From assembly GCF_006345805.1 (NCBI RefSeq), contig NC_043005.1:44702001-44766000 (forward strand): DNA of 64,000 bases, in the 5' to 3' direction. Source of the DNA: Octopus sinensis (lineage: Eukaryota). Of the stretch, positions 26,092 through 38,900 are shown piece after piece. Under the pieces are notes generated by a model. It saw only the letters and a program-made list of their open reading frames with translations. It searched no databases and was not told the DNA's origin. The position numbers and the translations under genes are program-made. Position 1 is the first letter of the stretch; each line of letters begins with the position of its first letter.

Positions 26092-26171
26092 TTCTACACA
26101 TGTTTCAAAGGCCACAATTTTCCAAATTCTGATTAAATAAGGATACCATATTGCAGCTTTCTCTTCAGGAA
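26092..26171 (-). ncRNA. type I hammerhead ribozyme motif B
   Basis: Minus strand TTC-CTGAAGA-GAAAGCTGCA..35 nt..TGTGGCCTTT-GAAAC-ATGT-GTA-GAA; stem II 9/10 pairs, stem I 3 bp. Confidence 0.55.
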
Positions 26172-26267
26172 AAACCAGGAATTACGTTGTCAGAACAAAA
26201 CAAAACAGAGGCGCAGCAAAGCAATTCGAACGAGGATGCTCCCTAAGAGCCCATATATATATATATG

Positions 26268-26311
<44 letters not shown>

Positions 26312-26322
26312 CATATATATAT

Positions 26323-26381
<59 letters not shown>

Positions 26382-26502
26382 CATATATATTGTATATATA
26401 TACATATATATATGCATTACCCCTATCTCAATTTGTAACTATAGTTAACTTCTGAGGAATATGAATTGCTAATGCTTGTTTACTTGAAACATCCACTCAT
26501 TA

Positions 26503-26551
<49 letters not shown>

Positions 26552-26630
26552 CATATATATATGTATATACATATATATATGTATATACATATATATATGT
26601 ATATACATATATATATGTATATACATATAC

Positions 26631-27808
26631 ATAAACTTAGATAAACTTAGATATGTTTCGACCAATGATTGGTCCAGGCCATGTCTAACTTAATAGCACC
26701 ACCTGATAGGATTATTTGAATCCTGTTTAAGTCAAGTTTTGTTTATGGTCCATTCAAGTAGGGAGTTTTTGTTGGGTGAGTTGTATCCAATTATGGGTGG
26801 CTTATCTGGTATTTCTTGAAGGAATCTATCCAGACTCCGTTTAAAGTTGATGGGATCCTGTTCCTCTTTGATCTCTTTCGGGACAATGTTAGATAGGGCA
26901 GGGCCTATTGAGGAAAAGAAATTATGTTGTAGTGTACATGTATGCTGTGATCTTGAATTGGGCAGGGGGCGTATGGCCCGTGGTCCCAGTCTTGGATGAA
27001 CCTTAAAGCTAATGTTCAGGTCGTTTGGGCAAAGTTGGCGGTATATTCTCCACATTGTACAAATGATGTACCGCTCACGGCGACGCTGGAGAGAGTAGAG
27101 TTTCAAGGCTTTAAGGCGATCCCAATAATCGAGAGCAGCCATGCCTTCAATTCGTTTAGTGAGTGCTCTCTGGGGTGATTCAATCCTCGAGATGTTTTGT
27201 CTTGTATGGGGAGACCACAGTGGGCAGCAGTATTTGAGGTGTGGCCGTACAAAGGAGGAGAAGAGTGGTATGATGACACCTTGTTCTCTGGACCGGAAAG
27301 TTCTTAAGATCCAGGAACTCATCCTACGAGCTATATCGACCTTCTTGTTGATGTATGCACTCCAACTGAGATCGTCATCAACAATTACACCCAGGTCTCT
27401 GATATTGTTAGAGGCTGTGAGCGGTTCCCCTGAAGGAAGAGAGTATGGCTGTTTTAGTGAGGAATTTCTTCCAAAATGCATCAGCTCAAATTTTCCCTTG
27501 TTCAGTTGCATTTTGTTTCTGTCTGCCCATTGACTCACAGCATATAGATCAGACTGGAGTTGAGTTCGGTCTGCTTCTTCATTGACGATTTGCTGGAGCT
27601 TAGTGTCATCAGCAAATATTTTCACTTTGCAGTAATGTACGACACTGGAAAGGTCGTTTATGTAGATTATGAAGAGTAGCGGACCCAAGACAGTCCCCTG
27701 GGGGACACCGCTAATGACGTTTGCTGGGCTTGAGTGGACTCCATCAACTACAACATGTTGTGTTCTATTCGCCAGGAAATACTTGATCCAGTGTAGAACT
27801 TTTCTGCA
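26631..27808 (-). mobile_element. CR1-clade LINE, 5' truncated, RT C-terminal half with uninterrupted ORF
   Basis: ORF 26732-27806: SGVPQGTVLGPLLFIIYINDL, FADDTKL, IRDLGVIVDDDLSW, LYSLQRRRER; 3' tail (CTAAGTTTAT)2 on the minus strand at 26631-26650. Confidence 0.92.
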
Positions 27809-27849
27809 GCATATATATATATGTGTACATATACATATATACATGTATA

Positions 27850-28090
27850 TCATCATCATCTCATCATCATCTCATCGTTTAACGTCGTTTTTCCGCGCTA
27901 GCACGGGTTGGACGGTTTCGACCGGGGTCTGGGAGAGCTAGGGACGCCCAGGCTCCAGTCTAGTCTGGCAGTGTTTCTACAGCTGGATGCCCTTCCAACG
28001 CCAACCACTCGCGAGTGTAGTGGGTGTTTTTACGTGCCACCTGCACAGGTGCCAGAGGGGTCTGGCATCGGCCACGTTCGGATGTGCTTT
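27850..28090 (-). mobile_element. young RTE 3' UTR fragment
   Basis: Same family as 13700-13905. Confidence 0.8.
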
Positions 28091-28568
28091 TTATGGGGGG
28101 GTGCAGAAATAAGGGGAGCACGGGGGGGAGGGGTGGTTCAGAGGAATGATGACAGGTTCTTAGGCAAGTAGAACGTAGGATAGAGGGTAATGCATGGTGA
28201 AATAGCGTATTGAGGAGGGGGCATTCGAAGAGTAGACACCTATAATGGTGGTGGGAGAAACAACATCCGGTATAGATGGAGCAAAAATATAGAGATATCC
28301 GGTATTGGTGGTGGGGGTGGGCAGGGTGGGTGCACCGCGAATACGCGCGAAGGTTGAAAAAGGATGATAGAGCGAGACTTGGTCGGGCAGAGTTAATAGA
28401 GGAGAAATTAGATACAATAGTTAGATAGATAAATAACAACAGATAGGAAAACATGTATGATTGGTCGAGAAGTGAAGTGAAGTGAAAATAAATAAAAAAA
28501 ATATATATACATATATATATGTATATGTATACATATATATATGTATATATATACACATATATATATAC

Positions 28569-28612
<44 letters not shown>

Positions 28613-28641
28613 CTATCGAGTTGCGTTTCATAATAACAGGA

Positions 28642-28716
28642 ATCTTACTGAAGAGCCTACCTGAGTAAATAAATATTATTTTTGTTGCTGAAAAAGGCGA
28701 AACTGCAGTCTAAGAT
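28642..28716 (+). ncRNA. type I hammerhead ribozyme motif C (intact core)
   Basis: ATCTTA-CTGAAGA-GCCT..36 nt..AGGC-GAAAC-TGCA-GTC-TAAGAT; stem I 6/6, stem II 4/4, palindromic ACTGCAGT stem III, GUC cleavage triplet. Confidence 0.8.
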
Positions 28717-28886
28717 GAACAGAGTTAGTAAATGTTTTTATTTTCATTTCACTAAATTTATCAAGCTTCTGTGTTTCTAGTACATACTTCGCCTTTAATG
28801 TACTTATATATGAATAATATATGGCCTGTGCTAGAAACACCAGTGATAATAATTAATTTTATTTTATCGCATTTTGAATTTGTTTT

Positions 28887-28917
<31 letters not shown>

Positions 28918-28926
28918 TATATATAT

Positions 28927-29000
28927 ATAGTAATGGTAAGATAACAATACTCGGAGTTTTATTATGGCAAATGAATAGTTATCACATATTATATCACAGA
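28927..29000 (+). mobile_element. 74 bp internally deleted derivative of the Penelope-like element at 57264-58910
   Basis: ATAGTAATGGTAAGATAACAA matches 57267 onward, joined to ACTCGGAGTTTTATTATGGCAA...CACATATTATATCACAGA matching 58859-58910. Confidence 0.6.
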
Positions 29001-29070
29001 TATATATATATATATATATATATATACTTCCCCCTTTCTCCATTCCCAGATGATGGTTTTTGTCTTGCAG

Positions 29071-31975
29071 GGTACTTGGTGACCCAGTTGATCCAGGTGC
29101 CATCTGAAAAGCACTGGTGATGGTGCCATGTAAAAAACACCCAGTATGCTCTGTAAAATGGTTGACATTAGGAAGGACATCCAGCTTTAGAAACCATGCT
29201 GAAATAAACTATGAAGCCTGTTATGGCTCCTGTCAAACTGTCCAGTGCATGCCAACATGGAAAAGAAGCATTTAATGATAATGTTGATGAAAAAAATGAT
29301 GATGATGATGATGGTGATGGTGATGGTGGTGGTGATGATGGTGGTGGTGGTGGTGATGATTGATGATATATATATATATTGCTTAGGCTCTGATGAAGCT
29401 ATAGGATGATATCCTGGTACTCATCTAAGGGTCCACCATATCTTATAGCAGAAAGAACTGTAAGCTAATGAAGTTCATTACATAATGCTTGTTTTTTTTT
29501 GGTGTCATATCTTCGTTATATATATATATATGTGTGTGTGTGATGGGCTTCATTCAGTCTAATTTGGCATGGTTTCTATGGTTGGATGCCCTTCCTAATA
29601 CCAACCACTCAACAGAGTGTGCTGGGTGTTTTTAATGTGGCACCACTACAAGTACTTTACACCAGAGAGACTGGTCTTAACACTTCCACTGTAGATGTAT
29701 GTATGTATGTATGTATGTATGTATGTATGTGTATATATACACACATGCATTTACACACATATCTTTTATATTTAATTTGTTTTATATTTAATTTGTTGAT
29801 ATTTGATATTCTAAGAAAAGTAATAACTCATGAAATAATAAAGTGAAAACTCTTTTTGGATGTCAGGAATTAAATTAAGGAGTGAATTGAAATGAACCCT
29901 TTTGCATTCAAACCAGCCATATCCAGCCAAAATATTCTACCTGTTTTATGTTCATACTGGCTAGATCTGGCCTATCACACCTAACCTACAATGTCATTCT
30001 AAAAATATATATACAGATACATAAATACATACATATATATATAGCCTACAGATACATAATATATAGCCTACAGATACATAAATACATACATACATATATA
30101 GCCTACTATGTCATTCTAAAAATATATATACAGATACATAAATACATACATATATATATATTTTCTTTTACTTGTTTCAGTCATTTGATTGTGGTACTTG
30201 GTGACCCAGTTGATCCAGGTGCCATCTGAAAAGCACTGGTGATGGTGCCATGTAAAAAACACCCAGTATGCTCTGTAAAATGGTTGACATTAGGAAGGAC
30301 ATCCAGCTTTAGAAACCATGCTGAAATAAACTATGAAGCCTGTTATGGCTCCTGTCAAACTGTCCAGTGCATGCCAACATGGAAAAGAAGCATTTAATGA
30401 TAATGTTGATGAAAAAAATGATGATGATGATGATGGTGATGGTGATGGTGGTTGTGATGATGGTGGTGGTGATGATTGATGATATATATATATATTGCTT
30501 AGGCTCTGATGAAGCTATAGGATGGTATCCTGGTACTCATCTAAGGGTCCACCATATCTTATAGCAGAAAGAACTGTAAGCTAATGAAGTTCATTACATA
30601 ATGCTTGTTTTTTTTTGGTGTCATATCTTCGTTATATATATATATATGTGTGTGTGTGATGGGCTTCATTCAGTCTAATTTGGCATGGTTTCTATGGTTG
30701 GATGCCCTTCCTAATACCAACCACTCAACAGAGTGTGCTGGGTGTTTTTATGTGGCACCACTACAAGTACTTTACACCAGAGAGACTGGTCTTAACACTT
30801 CCACTGTAGATGTATGTATGTATGTATGTATGTATGTATGTATGTGTATATATACACACATGCATTTACACACATATCTTTTATATTTAATTTGTTTTAT
30901 ATTTAATTTGTTGATATTTGATATTCTAAGAAAAGTAATAACTCATGAAATAATAAAGTGAAAACTCTTTTTGGATGTCAGGAATTAAATTAAGGAGTGA
31001 ATTGAAATGAACCCTTTTGCATTCAAACCAGCCATATCCAGCCAAAATATTCTACCTGTTTTATGTTCATACTGGCTAGATCTGGCCTATCACACCTAGC
31101 CTACAATGTCATTCTAAAAATATATATACAGATACATAAATACATACATATATATATAGCCTACAGATACATAATATATAGCCTACAGATACATAATATA
31201 TAGCCTACAGATACATAAATACATACATACATATATAGCCTACTATGTCATTCTAAAAATATATATACAGATACATAAATACATACATATATATATATTT
31301 TCTTTTACTTGTTTCAGTCATTTGATTGTGGTACTTGGTGACCCAGTTGATCCAGGTGCCATCTGAAAAGCACTGGTGATGGTGCCATGTAAAAAACACC
31401 CAGTATGCTCTGTAAAATGGTTGACATTAGGAAGGACATCCAGCTTTAGAAACCATGCTGAAATAAACTATGAAGCCTGTTATGGCTCCTGTCAAACTGT
31501 CCAGTGCATGCCAACATGGAAAAGAAGCATTTAATGATAATGTTGATGAAAAAAATGATGATGATGATGATGGTGATGGTGATGGTGGTTGTGATGATGG
31601 TGGTGGTGATGATTGATGATATATATATATATTGCTTAGGCTCTGATGAAGCTATAGGATGGTATCCTGGTACTCATCTAAGGGTCCACCATATCTTATA
31701 GCAGAAAGAACTGTAAGCTAATGAAGTTCATTACATAATGCTTGTTTTTTTTTGGTGTCATATCTTCGTTATATATATATATATATATATGTGTGTGATG
31801 GGCTTCATTCAGTCTAATTTGGCATGGTTTCTATGGTTGGATGCCCTTCCTAATACCAACCACTCAACAGAGTGTGCTGGGTGTTTTTATGTGGCACCAC
31901 TACAAGTACTTTACACCAGAGAGACTGGTCTTAACACTTCCACTGTAGATGTATGTATGTATGTATGTATGTATG

Positions 31976-32025
<50 letters not shown>

Positions 32026-32150
32026 TACATAAATACATACATATATATATATTTTCTTTTACTTGTTTCAGTCATTTGATTGTGGTACTTGGTGACCCAG
32101 TTGATCCAGGTGCCATCTTACATAACTGTAAGCTAATGAAGTTCATTACA
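29071..32150. repeat. mosaic tandem array, units of 1122, 1137 and 754 bp plus a stub
   Basis: GGTACTTGGTGACCCAGTTGATCCAGGTGCCATCT at 29071, 30193, 31330 and 32084. Confidence 0.92.
29386..29466 (+). ncRNA. degenerate type I hammerhead motif D, copy 1 (copies 2 and 3 at 30502-30582 and 31639-31719)
   Basis: GGCT-CTGATGA-A-GCTATAGGAT..32 nt..ATCTTATAGC-A-GAAA-GAACT-GTA-AGCT; stem III deviates from the ACAGCTGT seen at 62870. Confidence 0.5.
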
Positions 32151-32505
32151 TAATGCTCTCTGTCAAATCCACTCACAAGATTTTGGTCAGCCCAAGGCTA
32201 TAGTAGATGACACTTGCCCAAGGTTCCAAGCACAGTGGGACATACACACACACACACACACACACACTCTCTCTCTCTCTCACATACACACATATCTTTT
32301 ATATTTAATTTGTTTCAGTTTTGGACTGCAGTCATGCTGGGGCATGTGGTTGGTAAGCAAGATTCTTTCCACGCAGCCTTGCTTTATTTATTCATTTGTC
32401 ATTTTTGATATTTGATATTCTAAGAAAAGTAATAACTCATGAAATAATAAAGTGAAAACTCTTTTTGGATGTCAGGAATTAAATTAAGGAGTGAATTGAA
32501 ATGAA

Positions 32506-32727
32506 CCCTTTTGCATTCAAACCAGCCATATCCAGCCAAAATATTCTACCTCTTTTATGTTCATACTGGCTAGATCCAGCCTATCACACCTAGCCTACAA
32601 TGTCATTCTAAAAATATACAGTCATACCAACAAAATCTCAAAGCTATGAGATAATGCAGGATTAATTCAAAACAATGTGAATAGATATGTGTTGCACCTG
32701 ACAGAGTTAATCTGAATGTGATAGAGC
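32506..32727. mobile_element. piggyBac-like MITE (reverse orientation to 2870-3088)
   Basis: Reverse-complement similarity to 2870-3088; its left part is re-used in the tandem units. Confidence 0.55.
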
Positions 32728-34059
32728 TAAACAATAAATGAAACGAAATACAAAGGTTATCATTGCTGGTTCACTGAAGACATAAAAGCAACTTAACCCA
32801 AATATGAAGTCTGAGCAATGCACAAAAATAATCATGGAAGGAAAATGAAATGCGTTTTTGAAAAAATGTAAATTTGATGGTCAAAATTCAAAGTAGTTGA
32901 TAGATATCAATTAGCTAGAAACCAAATTAATCTTCAAATTTATAATGTTTCTTCACTTACCAAAATAATTTGAAACAAAACTAGTGAGATTTGTTAAATG
33001 ATACAAAAAAAAAAATTAATGTTAGTATTTCATTGTATGGAAATGGGAAAATTTCCAAATTGCACATCAATGAAAAAAATTTAGAATAATTTCAAATTTT
33101 GCTATTTCAAATCCTAGTTATGAGGATACACAAACTATTTGAGATTTCAGCATTACCTAGTTTATTGTTGGTTTGGTGCTGGTGCAGGGGCTACTTATTG
33201 TTATATCACACCTTGTAAAATTATTGGTTTTAAATGTTTGGCAGCAGGCTCAGTAATTTTGAGAGAGGGGATAAGTCATTTACATTGACCCTAGTGACCA
33301 ACTGGTGCTAATTTTATCAACTCTGAAAGGATGAAAGGCAAATTTAGCAGTTCGGCAAAAGAGACCGATAGAATAAGTACAAGGCTTACAAAGAATAAGT
33401 CCTGGGGTTGATTTGCTCGACCAAAGGCAGTGCTCCAGCATGGCCACAATCAAATGACTGAAACAAGTAAAAGAAAAAAAAATATATATATATATATGTA
33501 TATATTTATGTATCTGTATATATATATACACATACATACATACATACATGCACACATACATACATACATACATACATACATACATACATACATACATACA
33601 TACATACATACATACATACATACATCTGCAGTGGAAGTGTTAACACCAGTCTCTTTGGTGTAAAGTACTTGTAGTGGTGCCACATAAAAACACCCAGCAC
33701 ACTCTGTAGAGTGGTTGGCATTAGGAAGGGCATCCAACCATAGAAACCATGCCTAATTAGACTAGAGCTTGGTGCAGCTCCCCAGCTGGCCAGCTCTGGT
33801 CAAACTGTCCAACCCATGCCAGCATGGACAGCAGCAGACGTTAAGTGATGATGATGGTGAAATGATGATGATATATAAAAACAAAATCATTCCGGATAAT
33901 GAGAACGATTACCGGTATGAGGGAAAAGCTGTTGGTGGGACTGTCTTGGAGAGGAACTTGGACAAAGGGTCCAGCTGTGCATATATACAAATCCATGTGC
34001 ACAACATTTCCAGAACTGTGCCAGTGGGTCTTATTAAGAACTTGATATCACCACTCATC

Positions 34060-34430
34060 TTGGTCCCTTATCAAATCCTCAGTGAGCCCCAAAGTCTTGA
34101 GATTGACCTTCAACACTTTGTCCCATATCTTCTTGGGTCTCCTTCTGCCAGTTCCATCCATGTTAAGTAATTAGCACTTCTTTATCCAATCATTCTCATC
34201 CATGCACATCGCATGACTATATTAATCTAGTCTTCTTTCTTGTACGCTACATCTGCCCTGTTTTTGCCTCAATGCACTTTTGTTATTTCGTTCATGTACA
34301 CATACGTTGCACATCCAACAGAGCATGCTTGTTTCATTTCTTTTCTGTCTTCTCAAGTCCTCTACATTCAAATGCCATGTCTCAATACCATGCAGCATAT
34401 TGCAGTTATACCATGATTGACAGCCATTCC
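34060..34430 (-). mobile_element. decayed RTE RT C-terminal fragment
   Basis: Minus-strand translation MLHGIETWHLNVEDLRR..RNETSMLCWMCNV...; 3' tail at 33640-33870 is on the opposite strand and belongs to a separate copy. Confidence 0.6.
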
Positions 34431-34683
34431 TTGTTATGTTAGTAGGCTTGCATAGTTCAATGTTTCTGACAGTTATGCTGCTGGAAATTAAACCATATTA
34501 AAATTTGTAGATTTAAGAGATGTTAGTATTCACATTATAAAAATTAACTGAGGTTCTGATTACAAGATAAGAACAAGGAAGCCATTGAACCTGCATGTGC
34601 TATTTGCTGCATTTGCTTTTTGTTTGTTTCATTAGAGTTTCAATTAAATTTCTGTTTGAACATTGATTTGTAGTTTTATTTAG

Positions 34684-34742
34684 TCAACACTGAGTGGGCC
34701 ACAGATGATATAAAATATATTGTGAGCTGTGGCAAAAAGCAG
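34684..34742 (+). CDS. candidate internal coding exon of unidentified host gene (xNTEWATDDIKYIVSCGKKQ)
   Basis: Acceptor GTAGTTTTATTTAG, open frame of 19 codons, donor CAG|GTGTGC; non-repeat sequence. Confidence 0.4.
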
Positions 34743-34785
34743 GTGTGCATTACCAATCTAGAAAACAGATTAACAAGCTTATATA

Positions 34786-35007
34786 TACTCTTTACTCTCT
34801 TTTTACTCTTTTACTTGTTTCAGTCATTTGACTGCGGCCATGCTGGAGCACCGCCTTTAGTCGAGCAAATCGACCCCAGGACTTATTCCTTTGTAAGCCC
34901 AGTACTTATTCTATTGGTCTCTTTTGCCGAACTGCTAAGTGACGGGGATGTAAACACACCAGCATCGATTGTCAAGCAATGCTAGGGGGACAAACACAGA
35001 CACACAA

Positions 35008-35040
<33 letters not shown>

Positions 35041-35209
35041 CATACATATATACGACAGGATTCTTTCAGTTTCCGTCTACCAAATCCACTCACAAGGCTT
35101 TGGTTGGCCCGAGGCTATAGTAGAAGACACTTGCCCAAGATGCCACGCAGTGGGACTGAACCCGGAACCATGTGGTTGGTAAGCAAGCTACTTACTACAC
35201 AGCCACTCC
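34786..35209 (-). mobile_element. tRNA-derived SINE family 1, young full-length copy
   Basis: CpGs retained; very similar to 52105-52504. Confidence 0.88.
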
Positions 35210-35529
35210 TGCACCTTGACATATATATATGTCTCAAGCATATTTGAACAAATAACAAGTTTAAAACAATCTAGAATGTCTGTGTTTGAAGCATTACTCT
35301 ATGTGAGGGTGCACTTAAGCTTTATAAAGTGTCAGTTGTTGCTCAGAGTGTTGTTGTAAATCTCATGCCTACCCTTATTTTATCACAGCTGAAAGGTATT
35401 CCAACTAATTTTTTAGGCATAGTGTGCCCAGAGCTAATTAATGTGTTGTTGTACCTGTTCCTTTCTTTTTTAAAACAGCTGCTATTTCTAGCAGGTAGCA
35501 TTCACATAAAGGCTCTCACATTCGCTCAG

Positions 35530-35950
35530 ATCTGATGAAATTTCTGAAGAGAACACCTGAGCATTAGATGTATATTTAGTTTTTGCAAGGTTCCTGTTGT
35601 GAAATCATGTGTTGAAACAGGTATTGTTATATTTCAAGATGGTCACTTATTTTTTTTTCTTGCTAAATAATCACATGCACTATATATTCTTTCTTCACTT
35701 CTTTATTATTGTTCTTATTTATTGTTCATTGACTGTAAATCTTTTGTCACACACCTGTGACCTCTTCAGTGACTCTTCAATCCCATCCCATGTGTCTCCT
35801 CTTCTTTTGTTTAATCCTTTCTGACAATGGATATAAGATAAAATAAGAATGAGTGAAGAACAAATGAATGAGTGAAGAATAAATATATAGTGTGTGTGTG
35901 TGTGTTTATTTGGCAAGAAAAAAATATGACCTTCCCAAAATATAACCATA
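35530..35950 (-). mobile_element. fold-back element with inverted arms and a degenerate hammerhead-like motif (family shared with 49780-50140)
   Basis: Arms ~35625-35733 and ~35826-35948 are inverted; minus-strand CTGAAGA-GGTCACA-GGTG-TGTGAC-AAAAG at 35728-35775. Confidence 0.5.
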
Positions 35951-38900
35951 GCTTTGTTATAATTATATGAGAAACCATCAGAGAATTTGGTGCCAAGCAT
36001 GTGCTGTAAGTTAAAGGCTTTAGTTCAGGGTATAATTCTGTAAGATTGTTTCCTTGGTTCATGTAGTGTTTGTGTTTTGGAGTTGTTAAATGAAAGCAGA
36101 TAGTGAAGTACCTGTTTGAGGAACTTTAAGATATTCATTTCTAGGGGAATATTTCTGCTGTAATATGATTAGGTTGCATGGGAGATGATGTCCATTTCAA
36201 AAGTTATTGTTGAGAATGTGTTAGAAGTAGCAGCAAATAGATTGGGGCATAAGAAACTAAGTCGCGCCTGCATTAAAGTAATGTTGGAATGATTTGAGAG
36301 GAAACTTCTAACTTCTAAGTTATATATATTTATCTTTAGATAAAATAAAATTTCTCAGCGAATCAAAAACACAAAAAACTATTATCGTCCTTTGTGAAAT
36401 CTTTCAATTAAATTCTATTTCTTTATTTTACCATTAAATTCTTTAATTGATAAGTCAAAGATTTAAAGTTTACACTAAGTTTCGAAATAACTTTCTGGGA
36501 GGGTCACCATAGTTTGGTAAGATCTGAATAAATCAACCCTATTCACCCGCGTTAAAAGTAAGTTTGGAGTTTTAATACTATTTAAACTTTTCAAACACTG
36601 CAATATTCTGATTTAAACCAGAATATTTCAGAATTGGAAATTGATATAATTTAAGCTTTTCACTGAAAATTACAATTTATAATTTAAGATTTTCCTATTC
36701 ACAATAAACATTTACCTGAAAGAATGAAAAATATTCTACATGAATTAGAAATAAATGACAGATAATCTCTTTAGAAGATTTAACAAAGGTGGCCAAACTT
36801 GTATAACCTGAAAGTTATGTTTATTAATTGTCTTTGAGCTGCTGCAGGAAAGATAAGTACACTATGTTTATTGTTATATACACATTCTGTTGTCAAAAAT
36901 TACATATAAACATTATTAATACAGAAATACAATAGCATTTATGTGCTCAGGCATATTTTTAAAATTTATTTTTCTGTGAACCTTTTCTAATGATCATAAG
37001 CAAATTTAGCAAATCCTATTTCAAATAATTGCACAAGAAGACTCAAAATGCCACACGTAGTAATGTGAAACAATTGTCCACTTACATTCCTTACTTGGAA
37101 GAGGCATCTTATGAACGATAAATTCTTCTAATTGAGAAATGTGTTCTAATCATTCAACAGATGTGAGTAAATTCTGTTTGGAAGAAGTGAAAGAAACTGA
37201 AAGATTTTCTAATGTTTAACTTTCAAACAGAGGTGGTAAATTTTTCAATAGACTGAGGAGATAGAAAATTTTCTTTCTCATGAAGAGACCCAGCTATAAA
37301 ACAGGTAACGTGAGATTAGAAAATACTGTGTAAAGTAAACTGCATGAGTACGTACTTATAAGCTTAGGATGAAGTACACTGTCCATAATATGAGATTATC
37401 TTTCTTTTTATCGTACACACATGCACACACTCATGTACACATATACAGGCAAGCATACACACACATTCATGCACACACACACACATACATATAACTTTTA
37501 TATGTAGTTTTTCTAAAGAATAAGTTTTGGTGTTACTGGCATTATCTGTGCATGTCCCATTGTACTTTCCTTTATCAATGCTAACATCAGTTTTTTACAC
37601 AGGTACAAGATTTCTAATCTGTATATAAAATAAGAACTGACAAGATTATGTATTCTTTATGCCTTTTTCAAGGGTTTCAGTGGTGAAGCCATTTGTTTTA
37701 ACCAAAGATTGAATTTAATTTGTAGACTCTGTTAATTATTAGCTTAAAGTTTTTGTTCTATATTTAAATAGTATTAGTCAATACTATTTTCATATATGTT
37801 GTGTAAAAATATGACTTATAAATCATGGCTTTTATGAAATTTTAATTCTTATTTAAGAAAGGATTTAATTCTTTATTTTTTTTTTATTTTTTATATTTCT
37901 CAACATAATTAAAACTTGAATAATTATGGTCATGCTGGAGTTAGCTGGAAGGAGTCTAATACACTGATTAAAATGTGAATGAAACTAATTTTCATTGCCT
38001 TTCTTAATCCCATTCATTTAAATTCTCATATTTCTTCAATATTTATTCACTTTGTTACAATATTTAGTTCTCTAGTTTCCTGTAAATTGATGAGTTGATA
38101 GAGATTATGAATTTTAAAAAATCTTGAAAAGGTTTGGTTTTCAATTTGAATTTACTTGTTTTGTTGAGCAAATTCATTTTAGAAATTAATTTGTAAATTC
38201 TAATTTTAAAAATTCAATTTTGTATTTTTAAACTGTAAAGTTATGAAATGAAAATTAAAACACACACATACATGTACACACATGTACACACACACAAATG
38301 CATGCATGCACACACACACACACACATACATGCACACACACACATGCATGCACACACATGCACACACACACACAAACACCAATTTATTTTTAAAATATTG
38401 ATAAAATTATAGCTGGATGTAGAACTGAGTGTAAGAAATAAATGCAAATATCTCTTAAGATTTTGTTTTTGTATGTTATGTTAGAATATATTTATGTGTA
38501 GAGTTGTTATTTATATGTGTAAAATAAAGATCGGTATGATTCAATTAAACAAAGAACTTGATTAGATTGCTTTCACAATATCTAACAAAATAAGTTTAGA
38601 TTAAACAAAAGAGCCTCCAAGAATGAACTTAAAAAGGGTGAAGAAATAATTAAATAGAAGTCACTAAACAATAAACAATTTTGTTTCAAGGTAGGAGAAA
38701 GAAAACTAGTGAAATGCAAATGTGAAATGTGTTTGAATAAAACAAAGTGCAGACAGGAAGTTAAAACACAAATGTTATGGTTGCTAGAAGCTAGTGTACT
38801 TTGTTGGGTGAGGAACATATTAAATTCAGCAATAAGAAAAATATGACATCAATTTAATATTATATTATGATGCCTCTAGGTAAATATTGTTGAGAAGATA

